A DNA stretch of 64,000 bases, from contig JBNJNM010000006.1 in assembly GCA_052426225.1 (NCBI GenBank), positions 62,001 through 126,000 on the forward strand, written 5' to 3'. The translations under genes and the position numbers were made by a program. The stretch is from Zancudomyces culisetae HAW-14-8. Its lineage: Eukaryota > Fungi > Kickxellomycota. Positions 21,974 through 34,491 of the stretch are shown piece after piece. Below the pieces are notes generated by a model. It made no database searches and was not told the DNA's origin. It saw nothing but the letters and a program-made list of their open reading frames with translations. Position 1 is the stretch's first letter; each line of letters starts with the position of its first letter.

Positions 21974-23019
21974 ATTCAATTCTCTAAAGTGTTTTTTTTT
22001 TTTACTTTTCTTCTATAATTCACTTTTGATAACTGAATTTAATGTTATTATTTGAAAAGATGATTCTATAAAAAGTATGTGAATGCTAGTTTAAAGTTGT
22101 TGATATATTAAAACAACTCTTTAAATGGTTTGAGCTTTAATGATGTTTTTTTTTTTCCGTTGTGTTTTAGATTCCACCTTTTATATAGAATTTTTTGGTT
22201 TTTGATTTTGCTTTCAAACCTTTCTCCTCCTCTCCTTTTTTTTTCTACTCCTTTCCTTTCCTCCTCTCTCTATTCTTTCATCCTCTCTCTAACCTTGAAC
22301 ATTACAAAAAAAAATTAAAAATTAAAACTATTATTAGAATCAACTAATAAGTATTCTAATGCTAGAAGCAAGTTTAGGTAATTTACAGCAGATAAAAACA
22401 TACTTTGGCCAATAGCTAGTATTACTATGTATTTTTAGAAACTTTTTTGTATTTTAGTTTTCACAAACAAATATCCATCAAATTAGTAATTAATCGAAAT
22501 GTATAAACTTTTTTTTTGAGGATTTAGATTTGCAATGCTTTATTAATAAATCCCGAGGTTGTGGAAATGATAACAGGTGATATTGATAGTCAAACTAGTC
22601 GGATACCGCTCTATGCCATTATATTGACTACAGCTATTGACTTGGTTCTCCCGTATTTATTTGGACTTTAATGTTCCATTGACATTTCAATTCCTCATTT
22701 ATTTAATAAATCGTGTAATATATCTATAGTATTTATTACTATCATTATAACCAACTAAATACCCGTTTTATACATTTCCTACTATATGGAAACATCAATT
22801 AATATGCTACTCCGTATGTAGCCATTGCCTTTAATTCCCTTTTTCGCCTTTTTACCAAATTTTTGCCAATTTTACATCACTTATAACCCTTTTAACTTTA
22901 AAAATATAATATATAATGGTACTAAGAGGCTGGTAATAGCTGTACTTTAGCAGTAATAGCTACCAAAATTCCCTAGTCTCAAAATTAAATTCTATTCAAT
23001 TTCAACGACTTTTTTTGTA

Positions 23020-24430
23020 CTCCTTATCCTCATCCTTGTCCTCATCCTTGTCCTCATCCTTACACTCATACTGATTCTCATACTCATACTCATACTTATC
23101 CTCAACCATTCCTTTTCTTTTTATTTTTATTTTTCCGAACTCAATTCAACTCAATCAAATCAAATCCAATCCAACACAATCCAATAGTATCTACAACCAA
23201 GGTTATACACTTTTGGTTGAGCAAATTAACGATCGATATTACTATATACTTTAATGAAAAAAAATTTTTTTATTCGTTTTTTTTTCTTTCTAGTCTTTAC
23301 AAATTTGATAATACCTTTAAAATCTCATAACACACAATTTACTTTTATTTCATCTCTCTTCCGTTCCAATCTCTAATCCCAAAGAAAAAAGAAAAAAAAA
23401 TTTTTAGATTTTAAAAAAGTTCTCAACATTTTATTTGCTGAATAACGATAATGTTTCTCATCATTAATCTTTTCATCCACCCAACCAACCCAACCAACCC
23501 AGCCACTCTCTCCCCCCCCCCCCCGCTCTCTTTCGCACCCTTACTTCCTTCCTCCTCCCCTTGTCTCTTTAACCATTTATTTTTTTATCTATACATCTCC
23601 CACCCACATCTCCCCCGCTTTCTCTGATTTGCTATTCCAACAATCAAATCATGTACATTTCTTTACACAGATATACTATAATTAGATTTCTATATCCCAA
23701 ACCCAAACTCAAATCCAAACTCAAACTCAAACTCAAATCCAAACCTATGACCCAAACTCAAACTGATAATATTTTTCTCTTCACTACCAAAATTTAAAAA
23801 CAGAAAAAAGATGATGTAATTATAAAACACTGATTGGTATTTTTATTTCTTGCTTATTTAATTTTAGTCTATTTTATTGTTGGGGGGAGGTGGGTGGGTC
23901 AAAACATGCGCAGAACAGATAATACTACATATATATACATATGTATTTGAATTTAAAATTTAAAATCTAAACTCAAACCAAACCCAAACCCAAACCCAAA
24001 CCCAAACTCAAACTTAAACTTAAATCTAAACCTAGATTATAAAACGAATATGAAACGGGGTCTGGAAAAAGAAATGATTGTACTGGGTAATGCAATAAAC
24101 CGATGAAATATGGGATTTATGCGTACTGGGGGTATGGGTATGGGTGCAGGTGACGTAGGTGACGTAGGTGAAATTGACAATGATAATGATTTTGATATTG
24201 ATATTGATAATGATGTTGATGTTGATATTGATGATTATAATGATATTGGCAATGATAATGATAATGATAATGATCATTTTTAATAAACTAATATTTCCAA
24301 ATACAATAATACACTTACATCTAATAAAACATACATGTTAATATATTGACCTTCCTGTATAAAAATTACCCGGTTTAAATTCCAAGTTTTATTTTACCCG
24401 AACCTAAACCTAAACCTAAATCTAAACTTT
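23020..24430. repeat. Cluster of imperfect hexamer/pentamer microsatellites (ctcatc/ctcata, caatc, aaactc/aaaccc/aaatct, gataat/gatatt)
   Basis: Visible at about 23020-23100, 23140-23185, 23700-23760, 23955-24030, 24175-24275 and 24400-24425. Confidence 0.8.
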
Positions 24431-24663
24431 ATTACAATATATATGTATATGTATATCTATATGTATATGTATAAAATCAAAGAAAATTTAAAAAAACCAA
24501 TTCTCATCACTCACACACACATTTGCTATCTCTATTTTTTTTTTACCCTTTTTTTTTCTTTACATTACAAGATTTATACTATTAACTTTTATATATTTAT
24601 TTATATATTTATTTATTTTTTAATAAGATAGAATAGAATAAAATAAAATAAAATAAAATAAAA

Positions 24664-27600
24664 TTATTGATAATACTCATCATCATTTTCAAAATAATAA
24701 TGTTCAGTTTGACACTCTACTAACGCTCTCAATCTAATCAGTCGTAAATTAAAAGGTATCAATGTCTCAATAATCGTCACCTTGCGCGCAGTCAAATATA
24801 ACACCTGGTCATTCATATCATTGGTATCCAAAAAGATATTGTCCGATTTTTCAGACTCGGCCGCTCGCCGCGCAATCTCGGGCATCACGGGACTCAGAAT
24901 CGGATTCTCATAGTCAGACACGGAATATATCGACAGCAGCTTCTTGATCTGCGCAGGGTTAAGTAAATCACACGCCTCAAAGATCACATCGATGTCTTGT
25001 TTGGTCGACTTGGGTAGCTGCAGCAACTTGACTAGCTGTAATAAGCGGTCGAGATTCTTGGTGTTGTCGGAAACCGAATGCGCCTTGCACCACTCTTCAA
25101 TGCGGGTCAGATTGTACTGGATCTGCATTCCTCGTTTCCAGGAACAAAAGTTGCGGCGCATAACAATGTTGTTAAAGGCAGTGATCCCGATGGTACACAG
25201 TAGTTCGGAAAAGATCTGTTGCATTATGGCAATGTCTACATAGTAAAACTCCATAATCCGCCAGACATTGTTGAAGAAATTGAGGATATTCTCGATTTTT
25301 ATGGACGAATCCTTGTTGACAGAACCCATAATACGGTTGAAAAAGGACGAATCAGAAGTGGTAAAGCCGGGAAGAGCTTCATTTTCAACCACGGCAGGAA
25401 CGATCAGCTTGATAAAACGACGCTGCAGGTTCTTCACCCAGCCAAAATAGATATCACTCAACAGAGACTCGAGAAACTGCACACTTTCGTTCATTGCATT
25501 CTCGGACTTGGCATAGTCGGGAGAATTGGAAATTCGCTCAGTCATTGAAGTCTTTACAATGGAAAGCAGTTCAAAGACATTAGACAGCCAAAACGCAGCC
25601 AGAAAATCAGACTCGAAATTCATTGTCTTTTTCTGGATCAGAGCTATACAAGCCATCAACAATTTTTCAATCCGACTAGAAAGATTGAATTGGAACATTT
25701 TGATGACACACAGACCAATCAGATGGGAAGGGAACAAGATTTCGGCAGGAGAATACTCGGTGTCAAGCGAGGGAAGTGGGATGTTGAGATTGCCAATCAA
25801 TTCAGTAAGAACTTCAGAAATCAAGCCATCATCACTTTCCAACATATTGTAGGCTTCTTCTTCAGTTCGCAGGACAAATTCTCCATCCATAAAATCAGGT
25901 TCGGAGTATTGAAGAGAACCGTTGAGGGCAGGATTAGAGCTTGTATTTAGATTTGGGTTTGCATTTGCATTTGGATTTGTATAAAGTTGAGAGTCGTATT
26001 GAGTTGGAGAAGAATCAGAACCAACAATATTGGTGGAATCATCAGGACCTTTTATTCTTCGACTATCTTCACGAGTCATTCCAGCTATAGTGGTAGAACT
26101 ATCGGGATTGATAATATGAGGTACTTGGGTATCAAGATCTCTGGACAAACGTTCATATCCAGAATTCATATGAGAATCCCATTTCCAGGAATCGTTTCCA
26201 CTCGGTTTTCGAACAGGAGGCTGCATAAGAATTGCAGGATTATGAGAAGCATCCAAGGGTTTTCCAAGACCGGTATAGCGTTCTTTATAGTACTCAAGTT
26301 GGGCATCAGCCTCCTTGAGTCTAGCAGTAAGTTCATCAATCTTTTCAGTCAAGGAAGCTCTTTCGGCATCAGAAGACGATACAAGATTGTCGAGTTGGAG
26401 TTGAAGGTCAGAAGTGGATTGCTTGGAGGCAGAAAGTAGTTCATTCAAAGTAGCCATTTCATCGGTCAGCTGAGAATTGGCCTTGGAAAGCAAAGCAAGA
26501 TCCTTTTTGACAGCCTTAAGATCCAGGTCGTATTTATTGGAGGCATCAGCAAGGGTTTGGTCGGAATCCTTTTTAAATTCATCAAATTTAACAACAGACT
26601 CGTCAAATTTAAGTCTCCATTTAGATACGTCAGCTTCAAGATCCAAACACTTTTTAGAAAGTTTCGAGTTTTCGATTTCCTGGGCTTGGAGCTGACGAGT
26701 ACAATCAACCAGACGAGACTCTAGCTTGAAGGACACCGACTTGAAATGTTCTACGGATTTGGCTTCGGATTTCAACAGCCGTAAAGTTCGCTTGGAATTG
26801 CGCATTCGGTATATCGACTGTAACCGCACAATCGCCGAGAGCTCCTTTTTCCACAACTTTCGGCCTAAGTAGCCTCTTGCAATTCTCTGGATCTGAGCAG
26901 CAGCAATGTTTTGTCGAAGATTAAGCACCCTCACACGACTCAAATACCCCTTCACCAACGAAACTATCTTGACCATCGCCTCATACCTCTCATTCATTAC
27001 CTTCCGCGCCATGTATCTTCTGGCCAACGACTGAATCATCCACACCGCATTCTCCTTCTGCAACTTCTCCAGCCGCTTTCTGGCTACATAACTACGCAAT
27101 GAATTCATTATAATCTTGGCCGACCGCAATTGCTCAAGATACCGCGTCCGTGCCACATACCGCTTGTAGTTTCGCTGGATTACTAGCGCTGCATTGTTGA
27201 TCTTTTCCGCCCGCAACCTCTCCAAATGCGCCAAAACACTCGCTCGGAAAAACACCTTGGTCAGCCCAACCTGGTACTTGCTCGCGTCCACAATCATGTT
27301 CTCCGCTATATACCTCACCGCCGAATCCAAACTATCCTGATTCTTCACCTCTGGTGCCAAAATACTGTATCGCTTTAGGAAATCCACCTTGGGCATTCTC
27401 GATGGATACCCCGCACAACTTATCCGAATCGTCTCCAACACTCCACACGCCCGAAGCTGTGAAAGTATCATTTGCGAATCCATCTTCCACGCCTCCTTCG
27501 CCTCATTAGGCTTTATACATCGAATATAATGCGTCTCTGTAGATGTAATCGTTGACATCAACTGCAAAAGCGACTGTCTAAAAGCAGATCCCAGTGTCAT

Positions 27601-29736
27601 ATTCTTTTGTACTCCCATCTCCATCTTGCTACTATTACTACCACTGATATTACCACCACCACCACTACCACCACTACCACTATTATTATTATTATTATTA
27701 CCTTGTCCTCCACTTTCCGAAACAGACACCAATGCCAAATTAATATTCAACCGCGATGGCTTTGCTATCCTACTCTTTGCCTCCAATTGCTCTCTCTTCA
27801 GTCGAATCACCTCTTGTAAAAATGGCGATGTTGTCTTTACCAAAAGCTCTTGAATCTCCTCAGATACCGCATCTCGGTTCTTCTCCAAAAACCCATCTAT
27901 CGTATACGTCACATCACACGCATAATGCCTAACTGTAAATTCTGGACTCTGGAATCTCGGTCTCATAAAATAGTCGCTTGGCTTTGTACGCTTTACCACA
28001 CCCATCGCCCCTGTTCCGTTCCCCTCTTGATGTTCGTTTTTCCTACCTCCCATATTCGTCTCTGAAAATTGTACATACATTCTCTCAAGCGCCTTTTTAT
28101 CCGTTCCTTGCTTAAGCCGTGACTCCTCATCTATAATCGATAACAATCCCATCCTCCCCTCAATAAGCTCAATACAATGCTGGTTGTCATTAAACTCTAT
28201 AAACGTCCAATTCGCCAACTCCTCCCGTTGGTATTCATCTTGCTCCAACTTGAATACATGCTTGTTGAAATGCTGCTGTAACTTTTCGTTGGCATAGTTA
28301 ATACAAAATTGCTCAAACGAATTCATCTTGAAATGCTCAAATCCATATATATCCAACACCCCTATAAAATTGCTTGTACTATCGCTATTGTCCTGAATTG
28401 CCCGATTAATCTCCCCAACTATCCACTCAAACAACCGCAAATATATATACTTGGTTATCGAATCTCTAACCACCATCGCACTCGCCGCATCCAGATTCGT
28501 TATAATCTTCTCCGTCTTTGCTTTAATCAGCTTCTTGGTCATCCATTTCGCTAGCTGCCCCTTATCCAGTCCCAACAACTCCGCCATCTTGTTGAATGCT
28601 TCATCCTGCTCATTTATCCGTGCTCCTCCCCTCCCCACCTCCGTTATCTTCACATCCCCTATATACAATAATCCCGCTAGTACTCGGAATATGCTTTTTC
28701 GTTTTTCTTCATCCATCCCCAAAAGCCCCAACGCTTGACACGTTGTTTCAAATTCATTCGCATCATCTACCCCTGGTATCGCTCCACTATTCTCCCCTCC
28801 CTGACTAGTGTAATACATATCCTGCCATCTCTTATTCAGTCCAATCTCCTCCTTTTCTTCCTGTCTCAACCCTCCCAACAACTGGTAAAATATGTGATAA
28901 TTTCTCTCCTCTTTCGGCTGATATACCAACCTAGATCGCTCCAACAAATACGTCCTAATAAACGCCCCAACTATCTTGTGCTTTGATGAAAATTGTATTT
29001 CCAGGTACTTTCCAAACCTTGATGAATTGTCATTTCTTGTTGTTCTTGCATTTCCAAACGACTCCAATATCGGATTTGTTGCCAATATCATCTGCTCCGT
29101 CTTACTCATCTCCTTACCTGACCCATTAACATCCCCTCCATCGTCGTGCGCTGTAGCAAAATACCTCATAATATACTTTGCACTCACTGTTTTCCCCGCT
29201 CCTGATTCTCCTGATACTATTATTGTCTGGTTTTTTTCCTCCCTCACCATCCCTTGGTACGCATTTTCTGCTATCGCAAATAAATGTGGCTCCAACTCTC
29301 CTTTCGTCCGTCCTGCATACGCCCGCAGTATATCGTTCGAATATAGCTGAACTCGCGCAAATGGATTTATTGCCACCAAAATTATCCCTGAATATGTATA
29401 TATATTCTGCATCTTATACCGTGTCTTCAGATTGTGCAGCACTGCTGGCTCGTGCAGATGTGACAGATTCGTCAAATCATCAACGCCCTCAAGCACTGGT
29501 GGATTACATGGTGGTGGTAATTCCTTTTTTCTATCCGTGAACACCTCTCTAAACGTAGCTGAAAATATCTGCTCCTTTTCACCTGGTCCCACCAACTGCA
29601 ATTCTATTTGCTGCTCCTTCGAATCTATATTACTAGACGCTATAGTTGCCTGAACCCATACTTCCTTGTCATCTTGTACATATACCTTTGCTCCCCGTTT
29701 GTACGCACTGAGTATTTCTGTTATTTCCACTGTCAT
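24664..29736 (-). CDS. MYO2: Class V myosin heavy chain
   Basis: First ATG at 29736. P-loop GESGAGKT, NDNSSRFGK, DIYGFE, multiple IQ motifs, coiled coil and a C-terminal DIL cargo domain (NFCSWKRGMQIQYN). Intronless. Confidence 0.95.
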   Translation of the reverse strand: MTVEITEILSAYKRGAKVYVQDDKEVWVQATIASSNIDSKEQQIELQLVGPGEKEQIFSATFREVFTDRKKELPPPCNPPVLEGVDDLTNLSHLHEPAVLHNLKTRYKMQNIYTYSGIILVAINPFARVQLYSNDILRAYAGRTKGELEPHLFAIAENAYQGMVREEKNQTIIVSGESGAGKTVSAKYIMRYFATAHDDGGDVNGSGKEMSKTEQMILATNPILESFGNARTTRNDNSSRFGKYLEIQFSSKHKIVGAFIRTYLLERSRLVYQPKEERNYHIFYQLLGGLRQEEKEEIGLNKRWQDMYYTSQGGENSGAIPGVDDANEFETTCQALGLLGMDEEKRKSIFRVLAGLLYIGDVKITEVGRGGARINEQDEAFNKMAELLGLDKGQLAKWMTKKLIKAKTEKIITNLDAASAMVVRDSITKYIYLRLFEWIVGEINRAIQDNSDSTSNFIGVLDIYGFEHFKMNSFEQFCINYANEKLQQHFNKHVFKLEQDEYQREELANWTFIEFNDNQHCIELIEGRMGLLSIIDEESRLKQGTDKKALERMYVQFSETNMGGRKNEHQEGNGTGAMGVVKRTKPSDYFMRPRFQSPEFTVRHYACDVTYTIDGFLEKNRDAVSEEIQELLVKTTSPFLQEVIRLKREQLEAKSRIAKPSRLNINLALVSVSESGGQGNNNNNNSGSGGSGGGGNISGSNSSKMEMGVQKNMTLGSAFRQSLLQLMSTITSTETHYIRCIKPNEAKEAWKMDSQMILSQLRACGVLETIRISCAGYPSRMPKVDFLKRYSILAPEVKNQDSLDSAVRYIAENMIVDASKYQVGLTKVFFRASVLAHLERLRAEKINNAALVIQRNYKRYVARTRYLEQLRSAKIIMNSLRSYVARKRLEKLQKENAVWMIQSLARRYMARKVMNERYEAMVKIVSLVKGYLSRVRVLNLRQNIAAAQIQRIARGYLGRKLWKKELSAIVRLQSIYRMRNSKRTLRLLKSEAKSVEHFKSVSFKLESRLVDCTRQLQAQEIENSKLSKKCLDLEADVSKWRLKFDESVVKFDEFKKDSDQTLADASNKYDLDLKAVKKDLALLSKANSQLTDEMATLNELLSASKQSTSDLQLQLDNLVSSSDAERASLTEKIDELTARLKEADAQLEYYKERYTGLGKPLDASHNPAILMQPPVRKPSGNDSWKWDSHMNSGYERLSRDLDTQVPHIINPDSSTTIAGMTREDSRRIKGPDDSTNIVGSDSSPTQYDSQLYTNPNANANPNLNTSSNPALNGSLQYSEPDFMDGEFVLRTEEEAYNMLESDDGLISEVLTELIGNLNIPLPSLDTEYSPAEILFPSHLIGLCVIKMFQFNLSSRIEKLLMACIALIQKKTMNFESDFLAAFWLSNVFELLSIVKTSMTERISNSPDYAKSENAMNESVQFLESLLSDIYFGWVKNLQRRFIKLIVPAVVENEALPGFTTSDSSFFNRIMGSVNKDSSIKIENILNFFNNVWRIMEFYYVDIAIMQQIFSELLCTIGITAFNNIVMRRNFCSWKRGMQIQYNLTRIEEWCKAHSVSDNTKNLDRLLQLVKLLQLPKSTKQDIDVIFEACDLLNPAQIKKLLSIYSVSDYENPILSPVMPEIARRAAESEKSDNIFLDTNDMNDQVLYLTARKVTIIETLIPFNLRLIRLRALVECQTEHYYFENDDEYYQ

Positions 29737-32700
29737 GCTTATTTTATGTATCAACTGTGTTTCTTTTTGTAAAGACTTGTAATGTCTCTATATTTCACCC
29801 TTCCTAACGTTTTTTTTCCCCACCTTTATCTCTATACCTCTCTTTTCTTTTCTTTTTTCTTTTTCCTTTTTCCTTTTCTTTCAAGTTGTGTTTTTGGATA
29901 AAGATTTACCAAGACAAAATTCTCATCTCTGCCAATGTCCTTTATTTTTCTTTTATCCGACAAGGTTTTTATTTATTTATTCCAATGACTCTTTGAAACT
30001 TTTCAAAATTAGTACCAGTATAACCCAACTCCCCAGTCACTTATTTGTGCGTTTGTTACCGTTTATTGTTAGTTTTATTTTATCTTTTGTTTTGTTGTTC
30101 CAATAGATACCAATTAAAATCGGCAACTGTTACTCTTTTACTATAATAAAAAAAGGCTTCTCTCTTTTCTCCTTCCCCTCCTTAATACTTTTAATATCTT
30201 TATGAATAAAAGAAAATATAAAGTATGTGTAAATGTTAATATAGCATTGAATTCAAGGTTTATTTTTTATTTCCAACTTTTTTTTACTTAATTTTCTCAC
30301 TCTCAAATTCAGCCTCTACTCATGAAGTTTTTTTTTTGGTATTTGTGCAAGTGTAAATAATAATAATAATAAACAGAGTTTTATAATCGAACTCTTGTTT
30401 AATCGGTTTTACGAGATAGTGGGGATGAGTGGTGTGATGAGGGGAGGAGGAGGAGGAAGAGGAGGAGGAAGTCAAAGATGAAGAAGAGGAGGAGCAGGAT
30501 TTGCGCTCGTAATTTTACTATTTTGAAATTACAATAAAAACATAAGTATAAATTACTAATTTTTTTACATTTCAGCAAATGTGCCTGAAAAAGAAACAGG
30601 GATTTGCTTAATGTTCATAAAATCTTGTCGCCAATTATCCAGAAATTAGAGTAAATCTAGCTAAATTCTCGCCTTTATTTTGGTGTCTGTCTTGCAATTT
30701 TATTTTTATTTTTATTTTTATTTTTATTTTTATTTTTATTTTTACTTTTTTACTTTTGCGTTTACTTTTACTTTTGCTCTTATCTAAACACTTCAAGTTT
30801 ACCCAGCTAATCGTATCTAATTATTTTTTTTTACTATTACCCGTCAAATACTTAAACAATCAGCACTATTCAAAATAATCCAAAAACCGAGATTACCAAG
30901 GAATGTTTAAGAGTGACTGTGAAAAATGAAACGGATTAATATCACTTTGACCAAAACAAAAATATTAACTGGTAAAAACATTACTAACAAGGTCATCTTT
31001 TAGTTTTTTTGTAACCATAACCATCTCAAAAACTAAGCTAACGGAAAAAATAATAATATAATAGCAATAATAGCATTAATAGCATTAATAGCCCTTTGTA
31101 ATGTTTTTGTACTTTTTTTTTTGAAACCGTGTATCGGTATTCATAGTCCAGTCTTGAAAATGTTCAAAAAAAAAAACTATCTACACCAATGGAATCAAAA
31201 GAACCCTGTTAATGTTCATTATCTACAATTATTCCTATTTAGCAGCTATTTCGCAAGCATTAATTAGAACAATTGTTCTATATCTTGAACACTAACAAAA
31301 TAATTAAATAGTCCCCGGTTTTAAAATAGTTCTAAATACTCCTTTCCCAAATATTAACGTATAAAAAAAATTTTTTTTTTAGTTTTTTTTTTCCATTTTC
31401 AATTAACATTTCCAATCTCAATCTCAATTTCAATTTCAATTTCCTTAATAAAGCCCGACAGATAAAAATTAATATGAGTTTGGGAAATGAAAATATGAGA
31501 TTTGAACAACATTAAAATAAAACAAAATAAAATAAAATAAAGCTTTCAAGAATGGAATGTATGTGTGTACTGTAAGAATTTAAGGTTTTCTGGAAAAAAT
31601 TATACGTACACATTTCTAAAAGTATATTCTGAAATATTAACGGGAAAAAAATAATATACCAGTATTAGTAACGGTAAAAACTGCTAAATGTAAATTTTAC
31701 CCATTAACATGCTACTTGCAACATTTGTTGTAATTATGTATTAATGAACAAAAAAAAATCAAATCAAATACATTAAACTAAGCAAACAAAATCTTGTTTC
31801 TCCTTAACATACCTCACCTCCCCCTCCCCCTCCCCCTTCTTCCCTTTTTCTGTTTTTTTTTTCTTTTTCTCCCTTAACTCTTAATCCTTGCTTCTCACCC
31901 CCCTTACCCTCCCCATTCCTCTTCCTTCCTTTAAAACAAAAAAAGAGAAACTGAATCTCAAATCTGCTTAAAACAGAGAAATCAAAGCACATTAATTGGA
32001 ATAACCAACCTCACTTTTTAGATAAACCTCTAAACAAAATAATAATAATAATAATAATAGCGTGTGTTTTTTTTAGAGCTGGGTTCAATCTCTTTTCAAG
32101 TATACCCACAGGATAATTTATGCCTTGGAATTGGTCAATATGCATATACAACAGAAACAAATAAAAACATATATATTATATAAATAATACAAAAAAAAAA
32201 GATGTATTACAATTACAAAACTTGTGTATATTCTGATTCGGTTATGGTTACCCGGTTTAGTATTATGCATTCTAATCTTGTAATTGCCAACTAGTAAAAC
32301 AACTAGAAAACAATAATCGTTACAATTATCTATTTACATTTTATTCATTATTAGATTTTGTATTACCGGAAAAATGTATACAAATTATATTAAAAAAAGA
32401 ATAAAGAATGGGTATAAAGTGCAAATGTAAAATAAGTGTAAATGTAAATGTAAAGCTCCGATGTATGGATAAAAGTAAATAGAGTGGTGGTGGAAAGGAG
32501 TAAAGTGAGGGATCAAAATGATAAAGTAGAGTAATATAATGATATGTTGATTGAGTTTGTTGTAAAACTCAATGTTTTAACCAGACATTGATCAATATTA
32601 CACAAATCAGATACGAAAAAATAAAGTCAAGTACAACTGTTGATTAAGTAAGAAAAGGGGTGGTTGAGAATAAGTGAGAGAGAGTGTGTGTGTGTGTGTG

Positions 32701-33051
32701 TGTTAGGAAAAAACGAGTGGGAAAGAAAAAGGGATAGGGAAAGGGATAGGGAAAGGGAAAAGGAAAGGGAAACAGTGAATTAATTCGAGATGGATGTTAA
32801 TGATGCAAGATGTGAACCAAGCCATCCACATCACATGAGCTTGTAACCAAGTAATATGTACTCTGAGCTAATATATTTTGAATATTTGTAACATTAAAAA
32901 GATCTTTTAAAATAAGGGAAGAAGGGGAGGTAGAGGGGTAGAGGGAAGAATGTGAATTAAAAAATAAGAAATAGAAACAAAGCTATAAACCTCTTTAATA
33001 TTAGTTTAAAAAGCAGATCACATATTGGTTATATGTTTTCTTTTTCTTTTA

Positions 33052-33083
<32 letters not shown>

Positions 33084-34491
33084 TAAAGCTCGTTGATAAT
33101 AATATTCTATAATATAATAATGAGATGATGGTAGTATTAATGGGATCAAAGAAACCGCCCTAATTACAAAATGAAAACTAGATTAAATACATATCTTTGG
33201 ATAAAGAATAAGTGTTGTGAATATAAAAGACGATCTCTATTGATGGTTTCTAATAGTTTTACTAATAAAACAAAAATTAAAAAAATGGTTAACCGGGGGG
33301 GTATCCTTTAGACTAGTGGATATAAAATGATATGAAAAATAAAGCAAAATACTATAACAATGGTATATATATTTATTTCAGTCCTATCTATATATATATT
33401 GGCGCAAAAACAAGCTTGTTATATTAATAAAATTGGTAAAAAATATTCGTATAAAAGAGTTGCGAATATGGCATATTGCAAATAAAGCAAATAAAAAAAA
33501 GGACAATGGAAAAATAACTAGACAAAAGCATGAATTCTGAAAAGATGATTAGAAATGGAGAGGGGAGGGGAGGGTAGGGTAGGGGAGGGGTTTATGAGGG
33601 AGGAGGGAGTGAAATGGGTAGAGAATTTCCATTACCAAAATTACTTCAAGAGAGAAACTATTATAAACCATAAAAATACGTCAAACTAAAAAGTTCAAAA
33701 AGCGATAAATTATTATTTTGAAAGTACGAGTGGTGAGGTGGGAGTGGTGAGGTGGGAGTGGTGGGGTGGGGGGGGAATTGAATAGGCGAAAAATCTAAAT
33801 GCGTCTACATTTACGTTTACGTTTACATTTACGTGAAAATAAAATTATGGGTTAAATAAAATAATTTTAGACGGGGTTTATTTTTAGAAACATGTGTAAT
33901 TACCGATTTCTATTGAGTGAATAAATAAACCCAAATCCATCACCCAATCCCAAATTCATTGCTCAAATATATTTTATTTCACAAAGTATTTTATACTCGA
34001 CTATTTAATTCCCGATCCATAAGTTGTGGTTAGCACGGCAATTTAAAGAGTTGAAGTTTTAAAAATATAACAAGTAAAATAAAACGTTTAGAAATGCTTT
34101 GGAAGAAAAAAACTGGATTAAAATGGTTCTATATTTTTTTTAATATTGCTTTATTAGCTTTATGATAATAATCCCATTAATGTTTGAATGGTAAAGTGTA
34201 TGTATTTATGTATTTATATATTTATGTATAGTATAGTATAGTATGTTGTATAGTATAATTTTATTGAAAAAATAAACGCTAAATCATCATTACAAGCACT
34301 GAACTCTTCATCTTTTTCTTGTGTATACCTTTTGTTCTATACTGCTAATCTTATATAATATTATAAAAGGATTGGAAAAAAAGAAAAGAAAAGAAAAGAA
34401 AAGAAAAGAATCTACAAAAGGTCGAGAAGGGAAAAGCAAAAAAGTAAAACATCAAGAATTTAATACTAGGAAAAAAATATATACAAGGTAA

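Noticed and set aside
23960-24030. (aaaccc)n as an interstitial telomere
   Set aside because: Only about 5 units, drifting into aaactc/aaactt/aaatct like the many other hexamer microsatellites; not TTAGGG.
24032-24277. Poly-Ile/Asn ORF
   Set aside because: Translation of a (gataat/gatatt) microsatellite.
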